Shown here in pieces: positions 10,119 to 19,390 of a stretch of DNA of 64,000 nucleotides. Below the pieces are notes generated by a model, which had not been told where the DNA came from, searched no databases, and saw nothing but the letters and a program-made list of their open reading frames with translations. Positions within the stretch are counted from its first letter, which is position 1, and each line of letters begins with the position of its first letter. Source of the DNA: a virus; the IMG/VR virus record IMGVR_UViG_3300025929_000015, positions 1-64,000 of that record. One strand, given 5' to 3'. A program made the translations under genes and the position numbers.

Positions 10119-10188
10119 CCCGGGAGGGCGTAAGCCGCGACCTGGACCGCGACCCCCGGGAGGGCGGTAAGCCGTGACCTGGACCGCG
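10119..10188 (+). repeat. Tandem duplication (~33 bp) of the RBS and start region of the 10174 gene
   Basis: cccgggagggcg(g)taagccgYgacctggaccgcg occurs at 10119-10151 and 10155-10188. Only the second copy has GTG. Confidence 0.85.
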
Positions 10189-12642
10189 CCGGGAGCCTGG
10201 CTCTTCGCGAACAGCACGGGCCTGACCGTCTCCAACCAGGCGATCGGGAACCTGCTGCTGGTCGGGGTCACTAACACCAGCAATAACACGGTGTGGTGTA
10301 CCGGGCTGAGCGGCGGCGGCGCGACCTGGGTGCTGGTCGGCACCAAGTTCGCCGGGACCGCCATCGCGGATTACTTCACCTTGTTCGCCGGGACGGTGAC
10401 CGCGACCGGGGCCGGGACGGTCACCCCGTCCTGGTCGGGTACCACCCCGGCCGGTTACCACCTGGACGGGCACGAGTTCAGTTCCAGCGTCGGCGCGTGG
10501 TCCCTGGACGTGCAGGGGACCGTGGACGCGGTGACGGGGAGCTGGGCGAGCCTGACTCCGGGCAGCAACGGGGAGCTGTACTTCGGGTTCGAGGACAACC
10601 TCGGCTCGGCTGGCGCCGGGAGCACCTCCGGGTACGTCTACAGCGTCAATGCCTCCTCGGCCGGGCGGGCGTACAACCTGTCCTGCCCGTCGGGCGTGGC
10701 GACCTTCCCGACGTGGACCGACAGCACCGACACCCGCAGCGGCATCATGGTGCTGATGCGGGAGGTCACGCCCGCGCCCGCGGCGCTGGCCCCGCTGTAC
10801 AAGCCGCTGCCCCCCGGCTGGTTCCCCGGCGCCGACCAGGTGACCACCTCGCCTGGCGCGGTCCCGTTCGGCCAGGTTCCCGCGCCCGCGGATCCGAGCC
10901 AGGTCATCCTCCCGCCGAACTTCCCCGAAGCGACCGGGTTCCTGCCTCCGGCGCTGCCCCCCGGCTGGTTCCCCGGTGCCGACAAGGCCACCACGGAGCC
11001 GGGCGGCATCCCGTTCTACGCCCAGCCGCAACCCGCGGTCAGCCCGCCGCCGCAGCCGCCCGCCCCGGATAACAACGGGGAAGTCCAGTGGCTGCCGTGG
11101 CCGCCGAACTACTTCCCCGGCAGCCAGGCGGTCACCGTCGACCCGGGCGGCGTCCCGTTCTACTCCCAGCCGCAGCCGCTGCTGGCGCCGCCCCCGCCGC
11201 TGGCGCCGCCGTGCATCTCCGGCCTGGCCGGTAAGCCGGGGCCCGGCTGGTTCACCGACCAGTACGGGAACCCGAAGCTGTGGGTGTGCGCCCAGCCGTG
11301 GGGGCTGGTCACCAACGCCGGGCGGTACGCCGGGACCACCGGCGGCACCTGGCAGCAGGACATCGACCGTTTCATCGCGACCCGGGCTGCCCAGGGCTGC
11401 ACCGCGATCCTGGTCTACCCGATCCAGAACACCGACAACGGCGGCGTCTTCGACAACGGGAACACGTGGGATAACGTGCCGCCGTTCAACACCGGCCAGG
11501 ACCCGGCGTCGGGGCTGAACAACACGTACTGGACCCGGATCGACTACATGTTGACCAGCGCGCAGAACGCCGGCCTGGCGCAGGTGGTCAACATCGACCC
11601 GGTCTACAACACCGCCGTAGGCCGGTGCTTCAACGGCTGGACCCTCACCCAGTGGCAGCAGTGGGCCGCCGCGCTCGGCGCCCGGTACGGCGGGCGGCCG
11701 GGGCTGCACTGGTGCTTCGGCGAGGACGGCGTCCCGGGCGGTTTCGACAGCCAGTATGACGCCTTCCTGACCGGCCTGGCCAGCGCCGGCGACACCCACT
11801 ACCTGTCGGCCATGTGGGCCGGGGAGTACACCAGCCGGTACGAGACCGACAACAACGCGAACGCCGCCTGGGGCACCGCGCACAGCGCGTTCAACTTCGT
11901 CTACACCTACAACTGCGGCTACTTCTGCATCGAGTACGCCTACAACGAGATCAGCCACGGCGCCAGCGTCCTGCTGCCGGTGGTCTGGGGGAACGGCTGG
12001 TACTACGCCGGCAGCGGCCTGGTCTACAGCAGCGCAGCCGACCGCCCGTGGCGGCAGGAAATCTGGTGGTGCCTGGCCTCCGGGGCACGCGGGTTCTGCG
12101 CGGAAAGCCACGAGCGGCTGTGGTCCTCCAGCGCGCCGGGGTCGGCCGCCACCCAGTGGTCGTTCGTCAACGCCCTGCCGAACATCGTCAGCACGTACAG
12201 CTCCTGGACGCAGTGGTACAACCTGCTGCCCGACCTGTCCTCCGCGCTGGTCACCGCCGGGCGGGGCACCCGGGTGGGCGGGCTGGTCGCGGGCGGGTCC
12301 GGCACCCCGTACGAGCCCGCGTTCACCAACAGCTACGTGGCAGCCTCCAAGACCCCCGACGGCACCCTGGCCGTGTGCTACCTGCCGAACAGCACCACCA
12401 TCACAGTGAACACGGCGCTGCTGGCGGGCGGCTGGACCGCCTCGTGGATCGACCCGATCTCGGGCGCCGCGTCTTCGGCCGGGGCCGGGCCGACGTTCAA
12501 CTCCACCGCGAAGGGCACCAACAGCCAGGGCGACCCGGACTGGGCGCTGGTGTTCCAGGCGCCGCCGGTCCGCGGGGCGACCCGCGCCCGGCAGATGCCG
12601 TCCGCCGATTCCGCCACCTCCGGCATGGCGACATTCACCTAA
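10174..12642 (+). CDS. Virion-associated protein with DUF4038 (apiosidase/GH140-like) TIM barrel and C-terminal collagen-binding-like domain
   Basis: FTDQYGNP.LW, YWTRIDYML..A, LGARY and WTASWIDPISG motifs; three PPGWFPG...PGG.PF repeats in the linker. Confidence 0.65.
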   Translation: MTWTAPGAWLFANSTGLTVSNQAIGNLLLVGVTNTSNNTVWCTGLSGGGATWVLVGTKFAGTAIADYFTLFAGTVTATGAGTVTPSWSGTTPAGYHLDGHEFSSSVGAWSLDVQGTVDAVTGSWASLTPGSNGELYFGFEDNLGSAGAGSTSGYVYSVNASSAGRAYNLSCPSGVATFPTWTDSTDTRSGIMVLMREVTPAPAALAPLYKPLPPGWFPGADQVTTSPGAVPFGQVPAPADPSQVILPPNFPEATGFLPPALPPGWFPGADKATTEPGGIPFYAQPQPAVSPPPQPPAPDNNGEVQWLPWPPNYFPGSQAVTVDPGGVPFYSQPQPLLAPPPPLAPPCISGLAGKPGPGWFTDQYGNPKLWVCAQPWGLVTNAGRYAGTTGGTWQQDIDRFIATRAAQGCTAILVYPIQNTDNGGVFDNGNTWDNVPPFNTGQDPASGLNNTYWTRIDYMLTSAQNAGLAQVVNIDPVYNTAVGRCFNGWTLTQWQQWAAALGARYGGRPGLHWCFGEDGVPGGFDSQYDAFLTGLASAGDTHYLSAMWAGEYTSRYETDNNANAAWGTAHSAFNFVYTYNCGYFCIEYAYNEISHGASVLLPVVWGNGWYYAGSGLVYSSAADRPWRQEIWWCLASGARGFCAESHERLWSSSAPGSAATQWSFVNALPNIVSTYSSWTQWYNLLPDLSSALVTAGRGTRVGGLVAGGSGTPYEPAFTNSYVAASKTPDGTLAVCYLPNSTTITVNTALLAGGWTASWIDPISGAASSAGAGPTFNSTAKGTNSQGDPDWALVFQAPPVRGATRARQMPSADSATSGMATFT

Positions 12643-12657
12643 CACGGAAGGCGCCTG

Positions 12658-13176
12658 ATGTCCGAATACCGAGCCGGTCCGCGCGCGACCAGCACCCCGT
12701 TCGCGCCGGTGGTCGTGGCGCTGGCGGCCGCGACGACCAAGACGGTGCTGCAGGTGAACATCCCGTCCGGCCAGGACATCCGGCTGCTCGGCTGGGGCGT
12801 GTCGTTCGACGGCGCTTCCGGCACTGCGATCCCGGTGATCTGCGAGCTGACCGAGGGCGACGTGGCCGCCTCGGTCGGCACGTCGCTGACCCCGGACCAG
12901 TGGGGGAACGCGATCGCGCCCGCCTCGGTGTGCATCGGCGGGGCGGCGCTGACCGGGTACAACTTCGGCACCGAGGGCACCATGACCGTGGTCCGTCAGC
13001 TGGACTGCCAGCACGTGCACCCGCAGTCGGGCTACGGCCTGTTCTGGGGGTCCGGGGCGGAGCACCAGCCCAAATGCGGGGCGGGCGGCGCGGCCCGGTT
13101 CCTGCGGATCCGGTGCACCGCCCCGGCCATCGTGAACGTTCTGCCCTGGATCATCTGGGCGGAGCCCAGCATCTGA
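12658..13176 (+). CDS. Putative structural protein
   Basis: Operon context; strong codon bias. Confidence 0.55.
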   Translation: MSEYRAGPRATSTPFAPVVVALAAATTKTVLQVNIPSGQDIRLLGWGVSFDGASGTAIPVICELTEGDVAASVGTSLTPDQWGNAIAPASVCIGGAALTGYNFGTEGTMTVVRQLDCQHVHPQSGYGLFWGSGAEHQPKCGAGGAARFLRIRCTAPAIVNVLPWIIWAEPSI

Positions 13177-13205
13177 CGGCTACCGGGCGGGAGGCGTGGT
13201 GAGTC

Positions 13206-14597
13206 ATGCCGCTTCGCGGTAGCACGAACGTACGGATCGGCCGTCCGGCGCCGGATCAAGGTTCCGCGGCGGGCACCGCCCCCGCGGGGCTGGCCACCGG
13301 CACCGGCCTGGCCCAGCCCGCCGAAGCGCAGGGATCGTGGCTGGCCACCGGAACCGCGACCGCGCAGACCGCGGAAGCGCAAGGGTCGTGGCTGGCCACC
13401 GGCACCGGTACCGCACCGGCCGCGCAGGGGCAGGGCTCGTGGCTGGCCAGCGGCACCGCGACCGCGCAGACCGCGGAAGCGCAAGGGTCGTGGCTGGCCA
13501 CCGGCACCGGTACCGCCCAGCCCGCTACGGCCGGTGCCAGCGCCGGGCTGGCCAGTGCCACCGCGACCGCCCAGACCGCGCAGGGGCAGGGGTCCTGGCT
13601 GGCCACCGGCACCGGCGCCGCCCAGGCTCCGGTTGCCGGGCTCGGCGCCAGCGCCGGGCTGGCCAGCGGAACGGGCACGGCCCCGCAGGCCGGCGGGCAG
13701 AACGTCCAGGCCGCGACCGCGGCCGGGGCCGCACCGCAGCCGACGGTGCAGACGTCCGGGAACACCAACGCCCCGGCCGCCGTTGCCACCGGCACCGGTG
13801 CCGCACCGGCCGCGCAGGGGCAGGGCTCGTGGCTGGCCAGCGGAACGGGCACGGCACCGGCCGCGCAGGCGCAGGGCTCGTGGCTGGCGACCGGCACCGG
13901 CGCCGCCCAGCCCGCGCAGGGGCAGGGGTCGTGGCTGGCCAGGGGGACCGGTACCGCCCAGGCCCCGGTCGCGGCGCTCGGCGTCAGCGCCGGGCTCGCC
14001 ACCGGCACTGGCACTGCCCAGCCCGCCGGAGCGCAGGGGTCGTGGCTGGCCAGCGGCACCGGCGCTGCGCTGCAGCCGTCGATACAGACATCGGGGAACG
14101 CGAACGCCCCCGCCACCGTCGCCACCGGCATCGGCACCGCCCAGCCCGCGGTCGTGGCGCTCGGCGTCTCCGCCGGGCTGGCCAGCGGCACCGGCACCGC
14201 ACCGGCCGCGCGGGGACAGGGGTCCTGGCCGGCCACCGGCGCCGGAACGGTCACCCCGGCGGGCATGGCGCGGGCCCAGCTGGCGTCCGGCACCGGCACC
14301 GGGCAGGCCGTGGTGTTCTCCTGCACTGCACTGGCCGGCCTGGCCGCGGCCACTAGCACGGCCAGCCAGCCCAGCGGCCACCAGGCGCAGCTGGCCACCG
14401 CGATCGCCGCCGCGCTGCGCGCGACCGGGCTGGGCCAGGCCGCCGCGCTGGACTTCATGTCCGTCGCGACAACCGGAGTCCGCGGGTCCGCGCTGGTCTC
14501 GGTGACCTCCCTGAGTGACACCGCCGTCCCGGGGCGGCAGACGCAAAGCTCCGTGACGGTCGGCAAGCTTTCCGGCGCGGGCGTGACCGTGTCATGA
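13206..14597 (+). CDS. Repeat-rich fiber-like protein
   Basis: About 20 imperfect repeats of AQGSWLA(T/S)GTGTA or SAGLASGTGTA. Confidence 0.7.
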   Translation: MPLRGSTNVRIGRPAPDQGSAAGTAPAGLATGTGLAQPAEAQGSWLATGTATAQTAEAQGSWLATGTGTAPAAQGQGSWLASGTATAQTAEAQGSWLATGTGTAQPATAGASAGLASATATAQTAQGQGSWLATGTGAAQAPVAGLGASAGLASGTGTAPQAGGQNVQAATAAGAAPQPTVQTSGNTNAPAAVATGTGAAPAAQGQGSWLASGTGTAPAAQAQGSWLATGTGAAQPAQGQGSWLARGTGTAQAPVAALGVSAGLATGTGTAQPAGAQGSWLASGTGAALQPSIQTSGNANAPATVATGIGTAQPAVVALGVSAGLASGTGTAPAARGQGSWPATGAGTVTPAGMARAQLASGTGTGQAVVFSCTALAGLAAATSTASQPSGHQAQLATAIAAALRATGLGQAAALDFMSVATTGVRGSALVSVTSLSDTAVPGRQTQSSVTVGKLSGAGVTVS

Positions 14598-14628
14598 CAG
14601 GACCGCCGACGCTCCCGGGAGACTGCGC

Positions 14629-14970
14629 ATGGCCGTGACCCTGTACCACACCGGAACCGAGTACACCTCCAACTCGATCACCTTGCTGCGCGGCTCGGTC
14701 TCCGACATCACCTCGGTCGGCGTCTACCACAACGTCAACCCGGCCTACATCCCGCTGATCACCGATTTCGTCACGGTCACGCTCGCCGACGGGACCACCA
14801 TCCCGCCGGCCGCGCTGGCCATCCCCGGCGAGATCGACGTGGTGGCGCTGATCGGCCCCAAAGCCGGCGCGCAGCTGACCCTGGCGGCCGGGACCTACCA
14901 GCGGTGGGTGCTGATCCGGACCGCCGCGGAAGACATCATCCGGGCCGCCGACACCATCATCGTGCTATGA
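14629..14970 (+). CDS. Putative structural protein
   Basis: RBS GGGAG; beta-rich; ATGA-coupled to 14967-15200. Confidence 0.55.
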   Translation: MAVTLYHTGTEYTSNSITLLRGSVSDITSVGVYHNVNPAYIPLITDFVTVTLADGTTIPPAALAIPGEIDVVALIGPKAGAQLTLAAGTYQRWVLIRTAAEDIIRAADTIIVL

Positions 14971-15196
14971 ACGCGCGCTGGGAAGACGGCTGGCTGAAGA
15001 TCCCCTACAGCGGCCCGGAGAACGCGGTCATCGAGATCGGGCTGGGCCGGGTGTACCGGGCCGCGTACCGCGACTGGGACGCCGCCGGCACCCGGGTGGT
15101 GCAGATCCAGATCCCCGCCGGGCAGGTCCCGGCCCAGGTCACCATCCGGGTGAACGGCCAGCCGTACGGCAGTTACCTGGTGATGAGGAGCGCGCC

Positions 15197-16135
15197 ATGA
15201 CCGCGGTGGTGTTCTACGACGGAGCAGCCGAGCAGGCGATCCTGAACGTCACGTTCACCGCGAACTTCGTCGAGACCGACCCCACTGCGGTGTCGTGCGT
15301 GGTCACCGACCCGTCCGGGACCGCGGTGACGCACACCTACGGCGGGGCGTCCCCCGCGGACATCGTGCGCCTGTCGACGGGGAACTTCCAGCTGGCCGTG
15401 TCCTGCTCCCCGGCCGTGGCGGGGGTGGACGGGCTGTGGGCCTTCACCTGGGTCGCGTCCGGCGCGGTCAGCGACATCCAGCCGGGCACCTGGCGGGTGC
15501 ACGCCACCAGCCAGTACACCTGGTACGTCGGCCCGGAGGAGCTGAAGGACCGGCTCGGCATCACCGACACCGCCGACGACTCGATCGTGGTGGACGTGTG
15601 CAGCGCCACCTCCCGCTGGATCGACGAGTTCTGCGGGCGGCACTTCTACCGGATCGCCGAGACCCGTACCTACCAGCCGGAGAACATCTGGCTGCTGGAC
15701 ACCGACGACCTGGTGTCGGTGACCGCGCTGAACATCGACCTGGACGGCGACGGGGTCTACGAGACCGCGTGGACGCAGAACACCGACTACATGCTCAAGA
15801 TCGGGGAGCGCCGGTTCAACCCCGGCGAGTACGGCGAGCCCCGCCCCTACACCCAGGTGCAGGTGCTGCACGGCGGCAGCACCTGGTTCCCGTTCACCTG
15901 GCCGTTCACCCACCTGGACCGGGTGCAGATCACCGGGGTGTTCGGCTGGCCGCGGGTCCCCCCGGCGGTGCACCAGGCCGCGCTGCTGATCGCCGCGGAC
16001 TGGGTGAAGCTGAAGGACGCGCCGTGGGGGGTCGCGGGGATCTCCGACGTGGGCATCGTGAAGACCAACCCGAATCCGTGGATCGCCGATCAGCTTCGCC
16101 CGTACGTCAGGGGCCGGGGCAAGGTCGGGGTGTGA
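15197..16135 (+). CDS. Head-tail adaptor (gp6/gp15-like) with N-terminal Ig-like extension
   Basis: YVGPEELKDRLGI...SRWIDEFCGRHF and VQITGVFGWPRVPPAVHQAAL motifs. Confidence 0.85.
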   Translation: MTAVVFYDGAAEQAILNVTFTANFVETDPTAVSCVVTDPSGTAVTHTYGGASPADIVRLSTGNFQLAVSCSPAVAGVDGLWAFTWVASGAVSDIQPGTWRVHATSQYTWYVGPEELKDRLGITDTADDSIVVDVCSATSRWIDEFCGRHFYRIAETRTYQPENIWLLDTDDLVSVTALNIDLDGDGVYETAWTQNTDYMLKIGERRFNPGEYGEPRPYTQVQVLHGGSTWFPFTWPFTHLDRVQITGVFGWPRVPPAVHQAALLIAADWVKLKDAPWGVAGISDVGIVKTNPNPWIADQLRPYVRGRGKVGV

Positions 16136-16136
16136 G

Positions 16137-16883
16137 ATGAGCCGGCAGGCCAAGCATGGCCGCACCCGGGCGCAGGCCGCCGCGGCGTCGGCGTTCGCGG
16201 CGGCCGGCCGGGCTTCGCAGGCCCGGAAGCGGGCGGCGGCGATCGCCAAGACCGGCAAGCCGCCCCCGGTGAGCAAGAGGCGGCACCAGGCGGCGCTGAA
16301 GTGGGCGGCGGCCGGACGCGCGGCGCAGGCCCGGAAGCGGGCCGGTCTCAAGCCGCTCCCGGTGCACGTGCGGGCGCTGGCCGGCGACCCGGCCGTCTCG
16401 ACCATGGGCGGTGCCGTATCATACATGAGCCCGGCCGCCGGCGAGGGTTCCGTGCCGTGTGATGCTTGGCCTGCCGTAGGTCCCATGAGCACGGCTACCT
16501 ACCTCATGATACTCGCTGAGGCGAACAGGGACAGCCCGTGCTGCGCGGCCACGGCCATCGCCACCCACCTGTACCTGTTCCGCGGGATCATGGCCACCGC
16601 GGACGACATCCTGGCACTGCACGCCGCGGGCGGCGGGGACGGCACGCACGGCGCGCTCCTCCCCGACCTGCTCGAGCTGGCCAGCGGTGGTTTCGCCGGC
16701 ACCCGGATCGCCAGCTTCTTCCCCGTGGAGGACGACACGCTGCCGGGGCTTGTCACGGGGCTGCGGCTACCCGGCGGCGCGCACGCGGTCCTGTCCCTGG
16801 GCGGGGCCGCGTGCGTGTCCTGGGGCCAGGTCACGCCGGTCACCGGGCGTGACGGAGAGGCGTGGTGGGCCGAATGGGAATGA
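16137..16883 (+). CDS. Basic N-terminus plus degenerate papain/C39-like domain; linker carries two antisense stem-loop units
   Basis: CCAATAIA...HAVL...SWG motifs. The linker at 16390-16520 has atypical codon usage. Confidence 0.5.
   Translation: MSRQAKHGRTRAQAAAASAFAAAGRASQARKRAAAIAKTGKPPPVSKRRHQAALKWAAAGRAAQARKRAGLKPLPVHVRALAGDPAVSTMGGAVSYMSPAAGEGSVPCDAWPAVGPMSTATYLMILAEANRDSPCCAATAIATHLYLFRGIMATADDILALHAAGGGDGTHGALLPDLLELASGGFAGTRIASFFPVEDDTLPGLVTGLRLPGGAHAVLSLGGAACVSWGQVTPVTGRDGEAWWAEWE
16381..16505 (-). ncRNA. Two dual-spacer stem-loop units (F1, F2), candidate guide-like RNAs
   Basis: On + strand: ccgt-ctcgacca-tgg-gcggtg-ccgt-atcataca-tga and ccgt-gtgatgct-tgg-cctg-ccgt-aggtccca-tga, each closed by an inverted repeat. 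Confidence 0.75.
16506..16534 (-). promoter_or_regulatory. Putative promoter for units F1/F2
   Basis: Minus strand CTGTCC-N17-TATCAT, directly upstream of the units. Confidence 0.55.
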
Positions 16884-17067
16884 GGAAAACCGGCGGCAAC
16901 GCCGGCCGCGCCGGCAACAAGACCAGCGACGCGATGAGCGTCCGGCCCTGGACCGCGAACCTCACCGCCGACCGGCCCGGCTGCCACCAGTGCACCTGGG
17001 TCCGGGTCGGCGCCGTGTGGAAGCTGAAGTTCGTCCACCGCGCCTGCCGCCAGCACAAGAACCTGGG

Positions 17068-17529
17068 GTGAACGCGCCCGGTTCCTGGCGGGACCTGTCA
17101 TCCAGCGCGCTGTTCGGCCTGATCGACGGGCTCAACGGGATGGTGGGCCTGGTGATCGGCCTGCTGCGGGTGCACGCCGTGGCCGCGGTGATCTTCGTCG
17201 CGCTGCTCGCCCGGGCCGGGTCCAGCTCGGTGTCCATGGCCGGCGCCCAGTACGAGTCCGCCGACCCCGGCGAGAGCCGGCGCCAGCGCTGGTCCCGGGT
17301 GGCCGCGATGGGCCTGGGCTACCTGGCCTCCGCGCTGACCCCCGGGCTGGGCTTCGCGGTCAGCACCCGGGCCGGGCTGATCGTGTTCATCCCGGTGACC
17401 GCGGCCATCCTGGCCGGGATCACCTGGTTCCGGTCCAGCACGGCCGGCTGGCTGCGCGCCGCCCTCACCACCGCGGTGATCTTCATCCTGGCGGTCGGTG
17501 CCGGGCTGGCCGCGTCCCTGGCCGGCTGA
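17068..17529 (+). CDS. VIT1/CCC1-family (Fe/Mn exporter-like) membrane protein, minimal
   Basis: FGLIDGL...SVSMAGAQY matches the VIT1 TM1/TM2 motifs (G..DG, SMA.G.Y); about 5 TM segments. Confidence 0.7.
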   Translation: MNAPGSWRDLSSSALFGLIDGLNGMVGLVIGLLRVHAVAAVIFVALLARAGSSSVSMAGAQYESADPGESRRQRWSRVAAMGLGYLASALTPGLGFAVSTRAGLIVFIPVTAAILAGITWFRSSTAGWLRAALTTAVIFILAVGAGLAASLAG

Positions 17530-17541
17530 GAACGGAGTGCC

Positions 17542-17937
17542 GTGAAAAACCTGCGCTGGCTGGTCCTGGCCGCCGCCGCCGCGCTGGCGGCGTGGATCGG
17601 CCTGGCCCCGGGCGCCTGGCAGGACTGGCTCGGCTTCTCCCATGCCGCCTACTTCACCACCGGCCAGAACTACGCGTTCTTCTCCGGGTTCGGCGCCTGG
17701 CTGTCCTCCACCCTGGGCCTGTCCGCGATCATCCTCACGCTGTGGCACCACATCAACTGCCGCGCCGACGGGTGCCCGCGGATCGGGCACTACCCGGACA
17801 GCCGCGGGCTGAAGTGGTGCTGGCGTCACCACCCCGACCATCACGGCCGCAAGCCGACGACGGAGATGCTGCACCGGCTGCACTTCGAGCACAAGAACCG
17901 GACGGCGCCCCCGGGCCCGGCGGGCGATGAGCCGTAA
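17542..17937 (+). CDS. Membrane protein with C-terminal Cys/His cluster
   Basis: Two hydrophobic segments; CRADGC...CWRHHP motif. Confidence 0.55.
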   Translation: MKNLRWLVLAAAAALAAWIGLAPGAWQDWLGFSHAAYFTTGQNYAFFSGFGAWLSSTLGLSAIILTLWHHINCRADGCPRIGHYPDSRGLKWCWRHHPDHHGRKPTTEMLHRLHFEHKNRTAPPGPAGDEP

Positions 17938-18316
17938 AGCCGCAGCTATCACCGTCGCCGCCGCGGCCGCACTGGACGCCGCGGGCGGGCTGGCTTTCGC
18001 CGCCGCCGAGCATGTCAGTGACGCCGCCGGGCTGTACTGGGCGGTCGCCACCGCCACCACCGTCGGCTACGGTGACGTTGCCCCGCGCACCCATGCCGGG
18101 CACGTCCTGGCCGTCGCGGTCATGCTCACCGTCATCCCGCTGTTCGGCGCGGCCTTCTCCCTGTTCACCTCCGGGCTGACCGCACTGCACATCCGCGGCC
18201 ACCTGCGCGACACCGAAGCCGGCATCAAGGCGCACCTGGCCGACAGCCTGCGCCGCCACCACGCCGACATCATCACCCAGCTGAACAGGACGGACAGGAC
18301 GGACGGTCATGGCTGA
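17927..18316 (+). CDS. KcsA-like two-TM potassium channel
   Basis: LYWAVATATTVGYGDVAP selectivity-filter signature, flanked by TM helices. Confidence 0.9.
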   Translation: MSRKAAAITVAAAAALDAAGGLAFAAAEHVSDAAGLYWAVATATTVGYGDVAPRTHAGHVLAVAVMLTVIPLFGAAFSLFTSGLTALHIRGHLRDTEAGIKAHLADSLRRHHADIITQLNRTDRTDGHG

Positions 18317-18722
18317 CTTCGACGCTATGCGGAACGGCCTGGCCGCGCTGATCGGCGCGGCCACCGGGATCCGCGCCCACGCCGACGCATCCGGGGCGAT
18401 CTCCCCGCCGTGCGCGGTGGTGCTGCCCGGGCGCCCGGCCATCACCTACGGCAAGACGATGGACGACGAGGTGGATGTCAACCTGCTCGCCATCGTGCTG
18501 CTGTCCGCCGCCAACGAATCCTCCGGTCAGGTCAACCTGGACGCCTACGTGTCCAGCAGCGGGGCCAAGAGCATCAACGCCGCGGTGGCCACCGACCCGA
18601 GTCTCGGCGGGACCTGCGAATACGCGGTCGTGGTCGCTGTCCAGCAGTACGGGCTCATCGAATACGCTGCGCAGCAGTACATCGGCGCGACGTTCCTGAT
18701 CCAGGCCGGGGCACACGGGTAA
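18309..18722 (+). CDS. Tail terminator-like protein
   Basis: PPCAVV and DPSLGG motifs; size and position typical. Confidence 0.7.
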   Translation: MADFDAMRNGLAALIGAATGIRAHADASGAISPPCAVVLPGRPAITYGKTMDDEVDVNLLAIVLLSAANESSGQVNLDAYVSSSGAKSINAAVATDPSLGGTCEYAVVVAVQQYGLIEYAAQQYIGATFLIQAGAHG

Positions 18723-18736
18723 TCAGGAGGTGTCAC

Positions 18737-18811
18737 ATGTACATAGGCGGCGGAGTCGTACTCCTGATCATCGTCATCATCATCGTCGTACTGCTGCTCA
18801 GGCGCAGGTAG
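18737..18811 (+). CDS. 24-aa single-TM peptide MYIGGGVVLLIIVIIIVVLLLRRR
   Basis: Perfect RBS AGGAGGTG; hydrophobic helix with basic tail. Confidence 0.7.
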   Translation: MYIGGGVVLLIIVIIIVVLLLRRR

Positions 18812-18823
18812 CACATCACGAGG

Positions 18824-19390
18824 CTAGATCACGTGATTCCACTTCTTGCGGGTTTTGATCAGGCTGATATTTGCCTGGGTGACTCCGTATTCAGCGGCGA
18901 GAGCCACCTGGGTCGCGGACCGGTCAGCGAGACGCTGGCGGATGAATCGGACGTCCTGCTCGGTGAGTTTGGCCATGCCATGCTCCTCGCCGCTGAGCGA
19001 ACGGTGAATGAAGGTGCCGTCCCGCTTCTTGTCCTGCTCGTTTTGAGCCCGGGTGCCGTAGCTCAGGTTTTGCGCTGAGTCGTCTCCGGTTCCTGCTGGC
19101 CCGTGCCTGACATCCAGGCCCGGCGGGCGAGGGCCTATAAAAGCCGCCGCGACCAGCGCGTAAACCTTGAACGTCTTGTACTTGCCTTCCCTGGAAAGCA
19201 TGACCTGGCGGTAACCGTGACCGTCTGGCTGAGGCTTCCGGAGCTGGCCGCCGCGCCACCCGGTACGGGTCAGCCGGGGTAGACTGCGGACGCGACCCCG
19301 ATCGCTGACTTCATAGAGCCCTTCGTATCCGGGGACTGGTCTCCATTCTTCGGAATGAGAGGAGGTGGTATGAGAATCTTGATTGTGCAT
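18824..19390 (-). CDS. Free-standing NUMOD4-HNH homing endonuclease
   Basis: EEWRPVPGYEGLYEVSDRGRVRS (NUMOD4), AFIGPRP...NL.YGT..N (HNH_3-like, degenerate) and AKLTEQDV HTH; lower GC; antisense to the operon. Confidence 0.88.
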   Translation of the reverse strand: MHNQDSHTTSSHSEEWRPVPGYEGLYEVSDRGRVRSLPRLTRTGWRGGQLRKPQPDGHGYRQVMLSREGKYKTFKVYALVAAAFIGPRPPGLDVRHGPAGTGDDSAQNLSYGTRAQNEQDKKRDGTFIHRSLSGEEHGMAKLTEQDVRFIRQRLADRSATQVALAAEYGVTQANISLIKTRKKWNHVI

